This document shows, piece by piece, positions 1-9,363 of a DNA stretch of 32,000 bases; the first letter of the stretch is position 1, and each line of letters opens with the position of its first letter. This stretch comes from Methylorubrum extorquens (lineage in GTDB: Bacteria > Pseudomonadota > Alphaproteobacteria > Rhizobiales > Beijerinckiaceae), in the NCBI GenBank assembly GCA_900234795.1, contig LT962688.1, positions 1,200,001 to 1,232,000 on the forward strand. Direction: 5' to 3'. Made by a program: the position numbers and the translations under genes. The notes beneath the pieces are model-generated. The model was given only the letters and a program-made list of their open reading frames with translations. It searched no databases and was not told where the DNA came from.

Positions 1-161
1 CGGTCCGCGCCACCTCATGTCCCTCTCCGCAGACCCTCGTCCCGCGCGCCGCCGACGTCGCGCAGGCGATCGTCGGCACGGGGAGATGCGCCAAGGGCAG
101 GTCTCAGCCGAAAAAGCCCGGCGCCAAGATTTCATAAGAATAAGCCAGAGGAAACGAACCT

Positions 162-1064
162 ATGTCGCTCGTGAACGGACGGCGCCGTACAGCCGCATCG
201 GTCGTCGCTCTGACCGCTGCCCTGACCGCCTTCGCCGCCCTGTGCGCACCCGCCCAGGCGCAGGACACGAAAGCCACCTCGAAAGCCGCCGAGGCCGCGA
301 AACCCGATGCCGGGACCTTGCGCGTCTGCGCCGCCGAGCAGCCGCCACTCTCGATGAAGGACGGCTCGGGGCTGGAAAACCGCATCGCGACGACGGTGGC
401 CGAGGCCATGGGCCGCAAGGCCCAGTTCGTATGGCTCGGAAAGCCCGCGATCTACCTCGTGCGCGACGGGCTGGAGAAGAAGACCTGCGACGTGGTGATC
501 GGGCTCGATGCCGACGACGCCCGCGTGCTGACCAGCAAGCCCTATTACCGCTCGGGCTACGTCTTCCTCACCCGCGCCGACAAGGATCTCGACATCAAGT
601 CCTGGTCCGATCCGCGCCTGAAGGACGTCAGCCACATGGTGGTCGGCTTCGGCACGCCCGGCGAGGCGATGCTCAAGGATATCGGCCGCTACGAGGAGGA
701 CATGGCCTACCTCTACTCGCTGGTGAACTTTCGCGCGCCGCGAAATCAATACACGCAGATCGATCCGGCCCGAATGGTGAGCGAGGTCGCCACCGGCAAG
801 GCCGAGGTCGGCGTGGCCTTCGGGCCCGACGTCGCCCGCTACGTGCGCGACTCCTCGACCAAGCTGCGCATGACCCCCGTGCCCGACGACACGCAGGCCA
901 GCGACGGACGGAAGATGCCGCAGAGCTTCGACCAGGCGATGGGCGTGCGCAAGGACGACACCGCCCTGAAGGCGGAGATCGACGCCGCCCTGGAGAAGGC
1001 CAAGCCGAAGATCGAGGCGATCCTGAAGGAGGAGGGCGTGCCCGTGCTGCCCGTCTCCAACTGA
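162..1064 (+). CDS. mxaJ: MxaJ, periplasmic binding-protein-like accessory protein of methanol dehydrogenase
   Basis: 300-aa ORF. The ATG has AGAGGA about 9 nt upstream. N-terminal signal peptide (..FAALCAPAQAQD). Sits directly upstream of the cytochrome cL and MDH small-subunit genes, as in the canonical mxaFJGI order. Confidence 0.9.
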   Translation: MSLVNGRRRTAASVVALTAALTAFAALCAPAQAQDTKATSKAAEAAKPDAGTLRVCAAEQPPLSMKDGSGLENRIATTVAEAMGRKAQFVWLGKPAIYLVRDGLEKKTCDVVIGLDADDARVLTSKPYYRSGYVFLTRADKDLDIKSWSDPRLKDVSHMVVGFGTPGEAMLKDIGRYEEDMAYLYSLVNFRAPRNQYTQIDPARMVSEVATGKAEVGVAFGPDVARYVRDSSTKLRMTPVPDDTQASDGRKMPQSFDQAMGVRKDDTALKAEIDAALEKAKPKIEAILKEEGVPVLPVSN

Positions 1065-1206
1065 TCCCGACCGAGAGCCGTATCCGACCTGATGGCATCA
1101 GGCCGGCGCCTCTAAATCTTTGTTTTAACACGCTTTCTTTCGCAGAACCGGCGCCCACTTCGTCGGAAAGCGTCCTAAACGTGTGCTGAGGACCAAGAAC
1201 AAGACG

Positions 1207-1800
1207 ATGATGAACCGCGTAAAGATCGGAACCGCCCTTCTCGGCCTCGCGCTCGCCGGCATTGCCCTGCCCGCGCTCGCCCAGCCGCAATCCGGGCCGC
1301 AGACCGGCGTCGTGTTCCGCAACACCGTGACCGGCGAGGCGCTCGACGTGTCGCAAGGCAAGGAGGGCGGCCGCGACACGCCCGCCGTGAAGAAGTTCCT
1401 CGAGACCGGCGAGAACCTCTACATCGACGACAAGTCCTGCCTGCGGAATGGCGAGAGTCTGTTCGCGACCTCCTGCTCGGGCTGCCACGGCCACCTCGCC
1501 GAGGGCAAGCTCGGGCCGGGTCTGAACGACAATTACTGGACCTACCCGTCCAACACCACGGATGTGGGCCTGTTCGCCACGATCTTCGGCGGCGCCAACG
1601 GCATGATGGGCCCGCACAACGAGAATCTGACGCCCGACGAGATGCTTCAGACCATCGCCTGGATTCGCCACCTCTATACGGGGCCGAAGCAGGACGCCGT
1701 CTGGCTCAACGACGAGCAGAAGAAGGCCTACACGCCCTACAAGCAGGGCGAAGTCATCCCGAAGGACGCCAAGGGCCAGTGCAAGCCGCTGGACGAGTGA
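1207..1800 (+). CDS. mxaG: Cytochrome c-L (MxaG), electron acceptor of methanol dehydrogenase
   Basis: Single haem-c motif CSGCH. Signal peptide ending ALPALAQP. Position between mxaJ and mxaI. ATG 1207 (MMNRVKIG) is preferred over the upstream in-frame GTG 1183 given in the ORF track. Confidence 0.9.
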   Translation: MMNRVKIGTALLGLALAGIALPALAQPQSGPQTGVVFRNTVTGEALDVSQGKEGGRDTPAVKKFLETGENLYIDDKSCLRNGESLFATSCSGCHGHLAEGKLGPGLNDNYWTYPSNTTDVGLFATIFGGANGMMGPHNENLTPDEMLQTIAWIRHLYTGPKQDAVWLNDEQKKAYTPYKQGEVIPKDAKGQCKPLDE

Positions 1801-1905
1801 TCCTTCGGGGTTTCGGGCCGGGCTCGAACCGGCGCGATCGAGGGGGCGGGATCGCCGCTCGCGACAAGTCCCAAGAAGAGCAAGTCCCATAAAGTGGAGG
1901 AAACC

Positions 1906-2196
1906 ATGAAGACCACTCTCATCGCCGCCGCCATCGTCGCCCTGTCCGGCCTCGCCGCCCCGGCGCTCGCCTATGACGGCACCAAGTGCAAGGCCGCGGG
2001 CAATTGCTGGGAGCCGAAGCCCGGCTTCCCCGAGAAGATCGCCGGCTCCAAGTACGATCCCAAGCACGATCCCAAGGAGCTGAACAAGCAGGCCGATTCC
2101 ATCAAGCAGATGGAAGAGCGCAACAAGAAGCGCGTCGAGAACTTCAAGAAGACCGGCAAGTTCGAATACGACGTCGCCAAGATCTCGGCGAACTGA
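1906..2196 (+). CDS. mxaI: Methanol dehydrogenase small (beta) subunit MxaI
   Basis: 96 aa. GGAGGA lies 6 nt upstream of ATG 1906. Signal peptide ..AAPALA, then mature Lys-rich YDGTKCKAAGNCWEPKPGFPEKIAGSKYDPKHDPKELNKQ..., which matches the MDH beta subunit of M. extorquens as I remember it. Confidence 0.95.
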   Translation: MKTTLIAAAIVALSGLAAPALAYDGTKCKAAGNCWEPKPGFPEKIAGSKYDPKHDPKELNKQADSIKQMEERNKKRVENFKKTGKFEYDVAKISAN

Positions 2197-2206
2197 TCCG
2201 CTGAGG

Positions 2207-2298
2207 GTCCGCCTCTCCCCTTCGGATCTCGGACCTGTCCGGGATCCGTCCTGACCTGCCGGATCGGGCAGGCCCGACCCGGAGCGGGAGGGGCGGAC
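2207..2298 (+). promoter_or_regulatory. Structured intercistronic RNA element after mxaI (possible attenuator, partial terminator or mRNA-stabilising stem-loops)
   Basis: Outer 13-bp stem GTCCGCCTCTCCC (2207-2219) pairs with GGGAGGGGCGGAC (2286-2298) with one G-U pair. It encloses two inner hairpins: GGATCTCGGAC/GTCCGGGATCC around 2224-2247, and CCTGCC-GGATCG-GGCAGG at 2256-2273. Starts 11 nt after the mxaI stop codon. Confidence 0.3.
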
Positions 2299-2344
2299 AC
2301 CGCGTGAGGGCGCTCCCAACGACAAGAAAAAGGCCAGCCGCCGA

Positions 2345-3376
2345 ATGAACACCTTGCGCCCCGGCGACGCCATGCTCACCGACTGGCGGGACGCGGCCGC
2401 GCGTTTCGAGCGCGAGATCGCCAAGGCCGTGGTCGGCCAGGACCGGGCGATCCGCCTGCTGACGATCGCGATCTTCGCCCGCGGCCACGTCATGCTCGAA
2501 GGCGATGTCGGCGTCGGCAAGACCACGCTTCTGCGCGCGGTCGCCCGCGGGCTCGGCGGCGCCTACGAGCGCGTCGAGGGCACGGTCGACATGATGCCCA
2601 CCGACCTGATCTACCACACCTATCTCGGCGAGGACGGCCGCCCGCGGGTCGAGCCCGGCCCGGTGCTGCGGCGCGCCGAAGACCTGTCGGTGTTCTTCTT
2701 CAACGAGATCAACCGCGCCCGGCCCCAGGTCCACGCGCTGCTGCTGCGCATCATGGCCGAGCGCAGCGTCAGCGCCTTCAATCGCGAGTACCGCTTCCCC
2801 AACCTCCAGGTCTTCGCCGATCGCAACCGGGTCGAGCGCGAGGAGACCTTCGAGCTGCCGGCCGCCGCCCGCGACCGCTTCCTCATGGAGATCGGCATGG
2901 AGGCGCCGCGCGACGCGCAGGCCCGCCGCGACCTCGTGTTCGATCCCCGCTTCCACGACACCGACCGGCTCACCGAGGAGGTCGAGGCCGGCGTGCTCGA
3001 CTTCGAGCGCATCGGCACCATCGCCAGCGCGATCCAGCACACGATCTCGGCCGAGCCGGCGATCGAGGCCTACGTCGTCGGCCTGTGGGAGGCGCTGGTG
3101 CGCCCCGGCCCCGCCGGCATCCGCTTGCCCGGCATCGACATGGACCGCCTCGTCCAGGGTGGCGCCTCGCCCCGCGGCGTCGCCTTCCTCGTGCGCGCCG
3201 CCCGCGTCCGCGCTTGGCTGGAAGGCCGGGACTGGCTGGTGCCGGAGGATATCCGCGCCGTCTTCCCCGAGGTGATGGCCCACCGCGTCTTCCTCGAACC
3301 CGTCTACGAGATGCGGCGCACGCAGATCGTGCCCGACCTGATCCGCGCGGTGTTCGAGACGGTGCCCGCCCCGTGA
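2345..3376 (+). CDS. mxaR: MxaR, MoxR-family AAA+ ATPase
   Basis: 343 aa. Walker A GDVGVGKTT, Walker B-like SVFFFNEINRA, and conserved GASPRG near the C-terminus, typical of MoxR ATPases. First gene of the MoxR-DUF58-vWA accessory block. Confidence 0.9.
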   Translation: MNTLRPGDAMLTDWRDAAARFEREIAKAVVGQDRAIRLLTIAIFARGHVMLEGDVGVGKTTLLRAVARGLGGAYERVEGTVDMMPTDLIYHTYLGEDGRPRVEPGPVLRRAEDLSVFFFNEINRARPQVHALLLRIMAERSVSAFNREYRFPNLQVFADRNRVEREETFELPAAARDRFLMEIGMEAPRDAQARRDLVFDPRFHDTDRLTEEVEAGVLDFERIGTIASAIQHTISAEPAIEAYVVGLWEALVRPGPAGIRLPGIDMDRLVQGGASPRGVAFLVRAARVRAWLEGRDWLVPEDIRAVFPEVMAHRVFLEPVYEMRRTQIVPDLIRAVFETVPAP

Positions 3377-4248
3377 GCGGTCCGGAGGACGGGGTCAACG
3401 ACGGGGCCGACATCATCTACCTCCCGCGCTGGCGGCCGGGCGGGCACAGGGTCGGCGCCCATCGCGGGCGCGATGCCGGCGGCCTCGGCACGTTTCGCGA
3501 TCAGGTCAGCTTCCTCAGCCTGCCGGATGCGCGGCGCATCGATGTGCGCGCGTCGCTGCGCGACCCGTTCGAGGGCGTATTCGTGCGCCGCTTCGAGGCG
3601 CGCAGCCCGGTCGAGACCTACGCGCTGGTCGATCTCTCCGCCTCGATGCGCTTCCGCGGCCGGGCCGACCGGCGCGAACTGGCGGCCGGGTTCTGCACCA
3701 CGCTCGCCCGCTCGGCGACGCGGATCGGCGACGGCTTCGGCCTGATCGCCTGCGACGACACCCTGCGCGACGATCTCACCCTCCCCGCGACCCGCCACCG
3801 CGCCGCCGCCCAGGCCGCCGCCGCGCGCCTCGGCGAGGCGGCCTGCGGCGGACGCGGCGCCGGGGGATTGCTGGAGGCCGCGCGCCGTCTCGCCGGGCGC
3901 CCGAAGCTGATCTTCCTCGTCTCCGATTTCCGCTGGCCGGAGGCGCTGATCGAGGCGGTCTTCTCGGCGCTGGCGCTGGCGCTGCACGACGTGACCCCGG
4001 TGCTGCTCGCCGATTCCGCCGAGGCCGAAGACCTGCCGGCCTGGGGCCTCGTGGAACTCGACGATCTGGAGGGCGCCGGGCGCCGCCTCGTCTTCCTGCG
4101 CCCGTCCTTGCGCCGCCGCTGGATCGCCCGCGAAGCGGAGCGCGTCGAAGCCTTGCGCCGGATCTGCGCCCCCTTCGCCCGTCCGCCCTTCCAGCTCGCC
4201 GACCGCTTCGATGCCGAGGCGCTGAGCCGCCACCTGATGACGACGTGA
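3373..4248 (+). CDS. mxaS: MxaS, DUF58-family protein (MoxR-associated)
   Basis: The ORF-track frame is open from 3085, but its N-terminal part overlaps mxaR and is Arg-rich nonsense. GTG 3373 overlaps the mxaR stop (GTGA). DUF58-like core ..ALVDLSASMRF.. and LIFLVSDF. Confidence 0.8.
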   Translation: MSGPEDGVNDGADIIYLPRWRPGGHRVGAHRGRDAGGLGTFRDQVSFLSLPDARRIDVRASLRDPFEGVFVRRFEARSPVETYALVDLSASMRFRGRADRRELAAGFCTTLARSATRIGDGFGLIACDDTLRDDLTLPATRHRAAAQAAAARLGEAACGGRGAGGLLEAARRLAGRPKLIFLVSDFRWPEALIEAVFSALALALHDVTPVLLADSAEAEDLPAWGLVELDDLEGAGRRLVFLRPSLRRRWIAREAERVEALRRICAPFARPPFQLADRFDAEALSRHLMTT

Positions 4249-5177
4249 GAGCGATGCGCGCGCTGCCCCTCGCCCTCCTCCTTGCGCAGGTGTCACTGCC
4301 GGCCGCCGCCCAGGTGCGCGGCGTCGAGCTGCGCACGCCCCGCGCCTTCGGCTACTTCCAGGGCGACCTCGTGCAGGTCCAGGCCGAGATCCGCACCGAT
4401 CCCGGCTTCACCCTGCAGCGATCCTCCCTGCCGAAGCCCGGCCCGGTCACCTACTGGCTCGATCTGCGCGACGTGCGCACGGAGGAGAGCCGGGGCGCGG
4501 ACGGCGCCCATGTGATCCGGCTGCGCCTGACCTATCAGGACTTCTACGTCGCGCTCGATGCCCGGACCCTCGAAGTGCCGGGCTTTCCCGTCACCGTCGA
4601 GAATGCCGGCACGAACGGCTCGACCACGGCGGTGGCGCAGCTGCCCGCCTGGAAGATCGGCGTCTCGCCCTTACGCGAGGTGCAGCCCGAGCGGCGCGAC
4701 GACCCGGCCGAGTACCTGCGGCCCGACGGGCGCGTCCCGCGCCTCGATCCGCAGCCGGCGCTCGCCTCGGCGGCCGGCTTCCTCGCGCTCGCCGTTCTGG
4801 CGCTGCTGCTGCTCGCCTACGACCGGGCGTGGTGGATTTTTCGGAAGCGCCGTGGCCGGCCGTTCGCGCAGGCGCTGAAAGCCCTCCGCCGGGCGAAGCG
4901 GCGCTCGCAGGGCGAAGCCCTGTACCGCGAGGCGCTGCTCGCCCTTCATCGCGGCCTCGACGCCACCGACGGACGCCGGGTGCTCGCCGACGACCTGCCC
5001 GACTTCCTCGGCCGCCATCCCGCCCTCCGGGGACAGGCGAGCGGCCTCGAACGATTCTTCTCGGCCTCGCGGCTGGCCTTCTTCGGCCGCGACACCGCCG
5101 GGGCCGGGACGACGCTGCCCCTGCCCGAGGCCGAGGCGCTGCTGCGCCGGCTCGGCGCGGTCGAGCGGAGCGCGTGA
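4245..5177 (+). CDS. mxaA: MxaA, MDH maturation (Ca2+ insertion) protein
   Basis: GTG 4245 overlaps the mxaS stop (GTGA); an alternative start is ATG 4254. Signal peptide ..LPAAAQV. One C-terminal TM segment followed by a basic stretch (WWIFRKRRGRP). Position matches mxaA. Confidence 0.8.
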   Translation: MRAMRALPLALLLAQVSLPAAAQVRGVELRTPRAFGYFQGDLVQVQAEIRTDPGFTLQRSSLPKPGPVTYWLDLRDVRTEESRGADGAHVIRLRLTYQDFYVALDARTLEVPGFPVTVENAGTNGSTTAVAQLPAWKIGVSPLREVQPERRDDPAEYLRPDGRVPRLDPQPALASAAGFLALAVLALLLLAYDRAWWIFRKRRGRPFAQALKALRRAKRRSQGEALYREALLALHRGLDATDGRRVLADDLPDFLGRHPALRGQASGLERFFSASRLAFFGRDTAGAGTTLPLPEAEALLRRLGAVERSA

Positions 5178-5181
5178 CCCG

Positions 5182-6249
5182 GTGACGACGCTCCTCCCCT
5201 CCCTCGGCCTGGCCACGCCCTGGCTGCTCTGGCTCCTGCCGCTGGCGCTTCTGCCGCTGCTGCTGTCCGTCACCCGGCACAGCGCGGTCTCCTCGGTCGC
5301 GGCCGCACCCGAAGATCCCCTCTCCGCGGGTCTCCAGATTGTCCTGACCGCTGCCGGTATGCTGGCCATCGGCGGCCTCGTCCTGGCGCTGGCCGGGCCG
5401 TACCGCGCCGGCGAGCGGGTGACCCGCACCGGCATCGGCGCCCAGATCTCGATGCTGATCGACCGTTCGGGAAGCATGAACGAGACCTTTGCCGGCCGGC
5501 AGCCCTCGGGGGCGGAGGAGTCGAAGGCCGCCGCCTCCCGGCGCATCCTGCGCGACTTCGTCGGCGAGCGCGCTCACGACCAGTTCGCGGTGACCGCCTT
5601 CTCTACCGCCCCGATGCTGGTCGTGCCGATGACCGACCGGCACGACGCCGTGCGCGCGGCCATCGCCGCCATCGACCGGCCAGGCCTCGATTACACCAAC
5701 GTCGCCCGCGGCCTCGGCATGGCGCTGTCGCAGTTCGGTGCGGGCGCTCCGGGGGTGTCGCGGGCGCTGCTGCTGGTCTCGGACGGGGCGGCGGTGATCG
5801 ATCCGCGCATCCAGGCGCAGTTGCGCGCCGAGTTCACCAAGGTGCAGCCGAACCTCTACTGGCTGTTTCTGCGCACCAAGGGCTCGCCCTCGATCACCGA
5901 CAAGCCCGCGGGCGAGGACACGCCCCAGGCCGCGCCCGAGCGCCATCTCGACCTGTTCTTCAAGAGCCTCGGCGTGCCCTATCGCGCCTTCGAGGCGGAG
6001 GGCGCCGAGGCCGTGGCCAACGCCGTGCGCCAGATCGAGGCGCTGGAGCGCGATCCGATCCCCTATACCGAGGAGCGCCCCCGCCGCGACCTCGCCGGCT
6101 GGGCCTACGCCCTCGCCGCCTTCGGCCTGCTCCTCCTCGTCCTCGCCAAGCTGGCCGAGACCGACTTTTTGCGCGCGCCCGTCCGTGAGCGGAGTGCCGC
6201 TGCGGCCGGCCCCGCGCCCGCCGCTGCGCCGAGAAGGGCCGCCGCCTGA
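5182..6249 (+). CDS. mxaC: MxaC, von Willebrand factor A domain membrane protein
   Basis: GTG start 4 nt after the mxaA stop. N-terminal TM helices. vWA MIDAS-type motif MLIDRSGSM and LLVSDG. C-terminal TM segment. Confidence 0.85.
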   Translation: MTTLLPSLGLATPWLLWLLPLALLPLLLSVTRHSAVSSVAAAPEDPLSAGLQIVLTAAGMLAIGGLVLALAGPYRAGERVTRTGIGAQISMLIDRSGSMNETFAGRQPSGAEESKAAASRRILRDFVGERAHDQFAVTAFSTAPMLVVPMTDRHDAVRAAIAAIDRPGLDYTNVARGLGMALSQFGAGAPGVSRALLLVSDGAAVIDPRIQAQLRAEFTKVQPNLYWLFLRTKGSPSITDKPAGEDTPQAAPERHLDLFFKSLGVPYRAFEAEGAEAVANAVRQIEALERDPIPYTEERPRRDLAGWAYALAAFGLLLLVLAKLAETDFLRAPVRERSAAAAGPAPAAAPRRAAA

Positions 6250-6875
6250 TGCCCTCCGCCCTCACCCACGCACCCTCCCCGTCCCTGCGCACCCGGCTCG
6301 GCGCGGGCTTGGGCCAGGGCTGGCGCAGCCTCCGCCCCACCCTGCTCGTGCTGCTGCCGATCCTGCTGCTCGGAACCGCCGCCGCCCTTGCGCTCTCGGC
6401 CTGGCGGGACGCGCGCACCAACGCGGCCATCGCCGAGTTGGAAGCGGGGCGCGACATCGCCGTCCCGCCGGACGCCCCCGACGCGTTCCTCGTCGCGCGG
6501 ACAAAATTCCTGGCTTTTCGCGATCGCCTCGGCGAGGCGGAGCCGCTGCTGGAAACCCTCGACCATCGGCGGTCCGCCGACGCCGCGGCCCGCGCCCGCT
6601 ACATCGTCGCCAATGCCCGCATCCGCGAAGCCTTCCGGCTGATCGAGCGCAGCGAACTCGACAAGGCCGGCCCGCAGGTCACCCTCGCGCGCCAGGATTA
6701 CCGCCGGGCGCTCCAGGCCCGGCCAAACTTCTGGGACGCGAAGTTCAACTTCGACGTCGCCTCGCGCCTGATCCGCGACTTCCCCGAATTCGACCGCAAG
6801 TTCGGCGACGAGCTGAAGGCCGAGCCCAAGCAGATCTGGACCGACATTCCCGGCCAGCCAAGAGGCGGGCCATGA
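6249..6875 (+). CDS. mxaK: MxaK accessory protein
   Basis: 208 aa. The ATG overlaps the mxaC stop (TGATG). One N-terminal TM segment, then a helical, TPR-like region. Assignment is by position between the two vWA genes. Confidence 0.75.
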   Translation: MPSALTHAPSPSLRTRLGAGLGQGWRSLRPTLLVLLPILLLGTAAALALSAWRDARTNAAIAELEAGRDIAVPPDAPDAFLVARTKFLAFRDRLGEAEPLLETLDHRRSADAAARARYIVANARIREAFRLIERSELDKAGPQVTLARQDYRRALQARPNFWDAKFNFDVASRLIRDFPEFDRKFGDELKAEPKQIWTDIPGQPRGGP

Positions 6876-7867
6876 GCGTGTGGGCCGCGCTTCCCTTCGC
6901 GAGAAACCTGCGCGACCGCCGCTTCCAGGCGCTTGCCGCCGCGCTTCTGCTCGCAGGTCTGGCGATCGTCGTGCCGCCGCTGCCGCTGACCCGCTCAGGG
7001 GTTTCGGTGCTGGCGGTGGTCGACATCACCGGCAGCATGAACGTGCGCGACTATACCAGCGACGGGCGCCCGGCGAGCCGGCTCGACATCGCCAAGGCGG
7101 CCCTGCGCGACCTCATCCCCGAACTGCCCTGCGGCTCGCGCCTCGCGCTCGCCCTGTTCACCGAGCGGCGCCCCTTCCTGCTGTTTGCGCCGATCGAGGT
7201 CTGCGCCGATTTCGCGCCGCTGGACGGAGCGATCGCGGCGCTCGACTGGCGCATGGCCTGGGAGGGCGACAGCCGCATCGCTTCGGGCCTGCATCGCGCC
7301 CTCACCATGGCCGGCGAACTCGACACCGACCTCCTGTTCATCACCGACGGCCAGGAGACGCCGCCGCTGCCGGCCAACGGCATCCCGCCCTTCGAGGGCA
7401 AGGCGGGCGCGGTGCGCGGCCTGATCGTCGGGGCAGGGGGCTATGCGCTCGCGCCGATCCCGAAATTCAACGATCGCGGCCGCGAGACCGGCTTCTATGC
7501 CGAGACCGACGTGCAGCAGGAGAACCGCTTCGGCCCGCCCCCGGCCGACGCGGAATCGCGCGAGGGCTACAACCCGCGCAACGCGCCCTTCGGCGGCGCG
7601 GCGGCGCGCGGCGAGGAGCATCTCTCCTCCGTGCGCGAGCCGCATCTGAAAGCGCTCGCCGCCCAGACCGGCCTCGCCTACGCCCATCTCGACGGGCCGG
7701 ACCTGCGCGCGCCCCTTCTCGCGGCCGCCACGCCGCGCCCCCTTCCGAGCCGGCTCGACCCCCGGCCCTTCCTCGGCGCGGCGGCTCTGGCCCTCGTGCT
7801 CGCCGTCTTCCTCGCGGGCGCGCTCCGCGCCCGCCTCACACCCTTCACCCCCAGCAGGATGTCATAA
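6872..7867 (+). CDS. mxaL: MxaL, von Willebrand factor A domain protein
   Basis: ATG 6872 overlaps the mxaK stop (ATGA). The long upstream extension in the ORF track (from 6185) is Arg/Pro-rich nonsense. vWA motif LAVVDITGSMN and LLFITDGQE. N- and C-terminal TM segments. Confidence 0.85.
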   Translation: MSVWAALPFARNLRDRRFQALAAALLLAGLAIVVPPLPLTRSGVSVLAVVDITGSMNVRDYTSDGRPASRLDIAKAALRDLIPELPCGSRLALALFTERRPFLLFAPIEVCADFAPLDGAIAALDWRMAWEGDSRIASGLHRALTMAGELDTDLLFITDGQETPPLPANGIPPFEGKAGAVRGLIVGAGGYALAPIPKFNDRGRETGFYAETDVQQENRFGPPPADAESREGYNPRNAPFGGAAARGEEHLSSVREPHLKALAAQTGLAYAHLDGPDLRAPLLAAATPRPLPSRLDPRPFLGAAALALVLAVFLAGALRARLTPFTPSRMS

Positions 7868-8397
7868 TGCGTCTGTCCCTTCTCGTTCTTCCGCTCGCGC
7901 TCGCCGCGACCGCTGCCCTCGCCCACGGCCCGACCCCCCAAAAGGTCTCCCAGTCGATCACGATCAAGGCGAGCCCGGATGCGGTGTGGAAGGTGGCGGG
8001 CGACTTCGCCGGCATCGGAAAGTGGCACCCGGCGATCGGGAAGGCCGAGGGCAGCGGCTCGAAGGATGGCGGCACCCGCACGCTGACCTTCAAGAACGGC
8101 GGAAAACTCGAAGAGAGCCTCGACGAGTACAAGCCGGAGGGTCGCACCTATTCCTACCGGATGGGCGAGCCGAACCTGACGGCGCTGCCGGTCTCGTCCT
8201 ACTCGGCGACCTTCACCGTGAGCCCGGAGGGCGACGGCTCCAAGGTCGAGTGGATGGGCCGCTTCTATCGCGGCGATACCGGCAACGAGCCGCCGGAGAA
8301 CCTCAGCGATGAGGCCGGCAAGGCGGCGATGAACACGTATTTCTCGGAAGGGCTGAAGGGCCTGAAGGCGGTCGTGGAGGGCGGCAAGGGCAAATGA
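7867..8397 (+). CDS. mxaD: MxaD, SRPBCC-fold periplasmic protein that stimulates the MDH-cytochrome cL interaction
   Basis: ATG 7867 overlaps the mxaL stop (TAATG). 176 aa. Signal peptide ..TAALAHG. Polyketide-cyclase/SRPBCC-like sequence (ASPDAVWKVAGDFAGIGKWHP). Confidence 0.85.
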   Translation: MRLSLLVLPLALAATAALAHGPTPQKVSQSITIKASPDAVWKVAGDFAGIGKWHPAIGKAEGSGSKDGGTRTLTFKNGGKLEESLDEYKPEGRTYSYRMGEPNLTALPVSSYSATFTVSPEGDGSKVEWMGRFYRGDTGNEPPENLSDEAGKAAMNTYFSEGLKGLKAVVEGGKGK

Positions 8398-8421
8398 GCC
8401 GGTGCAGTTGAGGCACGCGCC

Positions 8422-9363
8422 ATGATCCGCCCCGCCCTCGTCGCACTGTTGCTTGCTCCCGCGCTCGCCGGCCTGCCGGTGCGGGCCGCGACGGTCTACG
8501 TCGCGAGCCAGCAGGGGGCTCAGGTGACGCGCCTCGAGGCGGGAACGGTCGCGGGCCACGCGACCGTAGCGGGAGCGCCCGCCACGGTCGCGACGGGCGG
8601 CGGGTCCGTGTTCCTCAGCCATCCGGACGGGCACGCGATCACCGTGGCGGACGCCACGGGCGCGGTGCTGCGCCGCCTCCCCTACAAGGGCCAGGGCTTC
8701 GGCCTCGCCGCCTCGGCGGACGGCCGGACCCTGTTCGTCGCCGACTGGTCGGGCAACCGCGTCGACCGGCTCTCGGCCGCCGACAGCACGGTCGAGGCCT
8801 CCGCCGAGACCGGTCGCGACCCGGCGCATATCGTCCTCGACCGCGCCGGCCGGCTCTATGTCGCCGACCGGGAAAGCCATCAGGTCAGTGTGTTCGACGG
8901 GGCGCGGATGACCCGGCTCGCGACGATTCCCGTCGGCACCGCCCCCTTCGCCCTCGCGCTCAGCCCGGACGAGCGCCGCCTCTATGTCGGCAACGTGCGC
9001 AGCAACGACCTCACCGTGATCGACACGGAGGCGCTCAAAGCCCTCGCCACCGTGCCGGCCGGTGCCATGCCCTACGGCGTCAGTGTGAGCCCGGACGGGG
9101 CGCGGGTCTTCGTCACCAACCAGCATGCCGGCACGGTCACCGTGCTCGATGCGGGCACGCTCGCAAATGCGGCGACGATCGGCGTCGGCCGCTACCCGGA
9201 GGGCATCGTGATCGAAGGGGGAAAGGCCTACGTGGCGAACTGGTTTTCCGACACCGTGTCCGTCATCGATCTCGCCACGCTGAAGGAGATCACCCAAGTG
9301 CCGGTCGCCGAGGGCCCGCGCAGCCTCGCGATCGCCGCGCCGGCAAAGGGAGCCCTGCGATGA
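8422..9363 (+). CDS. mxaE: YVTN-type beta-propeller repeat protein, at the mxaE position
   Basis: 313 aa. Signal peptide. Repeated ~40-aa units with the patterns ..LYVAD/LFVADW/LYVGN/VFVTN/AYVANW.. and P.G.A.SPDG, typical of YVTN/40-residue propeller repeats. The symbol is assigned only from the published gene order mxa..DEHB. Confidence 0.65.
   Translation: MIRPALVALLLAPALAGLPVRAATVYVASQQGAQVTRLEAGTVAGHATVAGAPATVATGGGSVFLSHPDGHAITVADATGAVLRRLPYKGQGFGLAASADGRTLFVADWSGNRVDRLSAADSTVEASAETGRDPAHIVLDRAGRLYVADRESHQVSVFDGARMTRLATIPVGTAPFALALSPDERRLYVGNVRSNDLTVIDTEALKALATVPAGAMPYGVSVSPDGARVFVTNQHAGTVTVLDAGTLANAATIGVGRYPEGIVIEGGKAYVANWFSDTVSVIDLATLKEITQVPVAEGPRSLAIAAPAKGALR

Noticed and set aside
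1-161. Possible 3' end of mxaF at the left edge
   Set aside because: None of the three forward frames gives anything resembling the MDH large-subunit C-terminus as I remember it. I treat this as mxaF-mxaJ intergenic sequence. I cannot exclude that a few terminal codons are present.
17-1189. 390-aa plus-strand ORF overlapping mxaJ in another frame
   Set aside because: Extremely Arg/Gly/Pro-rich translation, typical of off-frame reading in high-GC DNA. The mxaJ frame has a signal peptide, an RBS and family context.
673-2526. 617-aa minus-strand ORF antisense to mxaJ/G/I/R
   Set aside because: It spans four well-supported plus-strand genes and their intergenic regions. The composition is low-complexity Arg/Gly/Leu/Pro. 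This is an antisense shadow ORF.
4591-5946. 451-aa minus-strand ORF (and 3304-4296, 2144-3283, 7678-9297, 9806-10648 on the minus strand)
   Set aside because: All are antisense to motif-bearing mxa genes, have Arg/Gly-rich nonsense composition and lack recognisable domains.
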